Source of the DNA: Botryllus schlosseri
Taxonomy: Eukaryota
DNA: 64,000 nucleotides
Reading direction: 5' to 3'
Assembly: GCA_051294905.1 (NCBI GenBank)
Contig: CM119372.1
Coordinates: 28,026,001-28,090,000, forward strand
Position numbers and translations under genes: made by a program. The notes beneath the pieces were generated by a model that was given only the letters and a program-made list of their open reading frames with translations, was not told the origin of the DNA and made no database searches. Below are positions 62,425 to 64,000 of this stretch, piece by piece (position 1 is the first letter of the stretch; every line of letters starts with the position of its first letter).

Positions 62425-63694
62425 TGAGCTTTGGAGCAGCCGTAAATTTGCATTGCTCCAGCTCCGGCTCCGGAGCTTTCTTCTATCATACATTAGCTCC
62501 AGCTCCAGCTCCGGATCCGCATTATTTCCACTGCTCCGGCTCCAGCTCCGGCTCCGGCTCTGAAAACTATCGAAGGTGTCTGTCTATATACGGGGTGGGC
62601 AACCCGCGGTCTGCGGGCCATATGTGGCCTGCGAGTAGGTTTTGAGTAGCCCGCGAGCTAATTTCCCATTATATTACCGAAATTGAATTGCTCAGATTGT
62701 GAACTTGCAAGACCAACCAAAAATCGAATAATCGAATTAAACACTGTGCCATGCACATTGCGCCATGCCCATAACGAATTAAACTATGCGGTATGCACAT
62801 TGCACATCTACAAGTTACAGTCCGCGATAATCCGGGAATACTAGAGTATCAAGCAGACATCAACAATGAATTAACGAAACAGATGATTACAAATTGGAAA
62901 TCGCGTATCAAATCAGTAATTTGTCTCTAACATAAAATACTATGGGGTTTTTGGCTACTCTTCTGCCATCCCCTATTTACGCTCGAAAATCCTTACTGCT
63001 GTGAATGACGATGACGCGCAGTAATGAATTCCAATTAGCATGCATAATTGCATACTCAATAACACTGTCTAATTTCGCGGGCCGATTAAAGAACTATCAC
63101 GAAAGAACGAGTATTTGCTCATCCGATTCATAGCAACGATAAGATGGTATTTCTAGGCTCGTGCTCGTCATATCGACATGTGCAACAGAATCACGTTTTT
63201 ATTCTCTCTCCGATTTCGCGTAATACATAGTGATCATCATTTTCGAACCATATACAATTGGCAAACAAGGTTGTGCTGATGATGAAATTGCGGGTATGCC
63301 GAATACCCACAATATTCACAGGCATATTTCGCATACCAAGGTTCGGCACTCATGTATGAAAATTGAACATTGAACATATGTCTGCACTGCTGTTAAATCA
63401 CCAGGAACATGGTTAGTCGGAAAAGGTAGCGCCAAAGAGGAAACGATTCTTAATTTCGCGAAGGCCTGCTATTGAATTATGTGAACTCAGCAGATAAGGT
63501 TGTTGCATGTATAATAGCATCTTATTAAATACGTCGGAGCTGGAGCTACCCCTCAAATATTTAGCTCCTGCTTCGGCTCCGGCTCCGGCTGAATTTTATG
63601 TAGAGCTCTGGCTCCGGCTCCAGCTCCGGTAAAAATGCACGGCTCCGGGGCTCCGGCTCCAGGCTCCGGCTCCGGCTCCGGCTCCAAAGCCCGG
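62425..63694 (-). mobile_element. Element F, second copy, inverted and internally deleted
   Basis: (GGCTCC)n ends; the body aligns with the reverse complement of 35799-36727 and 37745-38056; no TSD. Confidence 0.88.
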
Positions 63695-63709
63695 AATGTA
63701 AAAATAGAG

Positions 63710-63975
63710 GATCAGTGAAACGTACAAGCAGTGAATGACAATGGCTACTCTCACAAGTGATACAGGTGAATCGCGAATAATACGAACATACACAAAATAC
63801 AGTGATTTAATCGATATCGTTTACTTGTTGACTTGAAATTGACTCGTAAATTTTGCTCCGAGTCACGAGTCAATCTGCATTTCTGAAGCGCCGAGTCAAG
63901 TCATGTCATTTTTGCAAAGTGACTCGAGTCAAGTCAAGTCATACGAAAAAGTTGACTCGAGTCATCCCAACACTG
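63710..63975 (+). mobile_element. Family A right-end fragment
   Basis: Aligns with 59850-60148 and ends ATCCCAACACTG. Confidence 0.85.
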
Positions 63976-64000
63976 GTCGCCGTTGGATCAAACACACATT

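Overview
Eukaryotic, AT-rich, transposon-saturated genomic DNA. An invertebrate animal is likely and an ascidian/tunicate is my guess, but that is inference only. Two cytochrome P450 genes converge tail-to-tail. (1) A CYP4-clan gene with an intronless coding region on + (ATG 10587, stop 12131). (2) An 11-exon mitochondrial-clan P450 on - (ATG 54868, stop 25831; 1488 nt, 495 aa), assembled by hand from phase-consistent GT-AG introns. It has an N-terminal mitochondrial-type presequence and a non-canonical I-helix (GAIEAT; catalytic Thr replaced by Ala). Nearly everything else is non-autonomous or decayed DNA transposons: many hAT families with readable 8-bp target-site duplications (TSDs), a hATm-like relic, a Chapaev3-like relic and a TA-targeting element. 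These are nested up to five deep, alongside a family of tRNA-headed SINEs sharing a central core. Most ORFs in the supplied track are spurious. I found no CRISPR array, rRNA or prokaryotic system. The best candidates for new biology are the atypical mitochondrial P450 and its CYP4 neighbour, plus several unusual transposon architectures.
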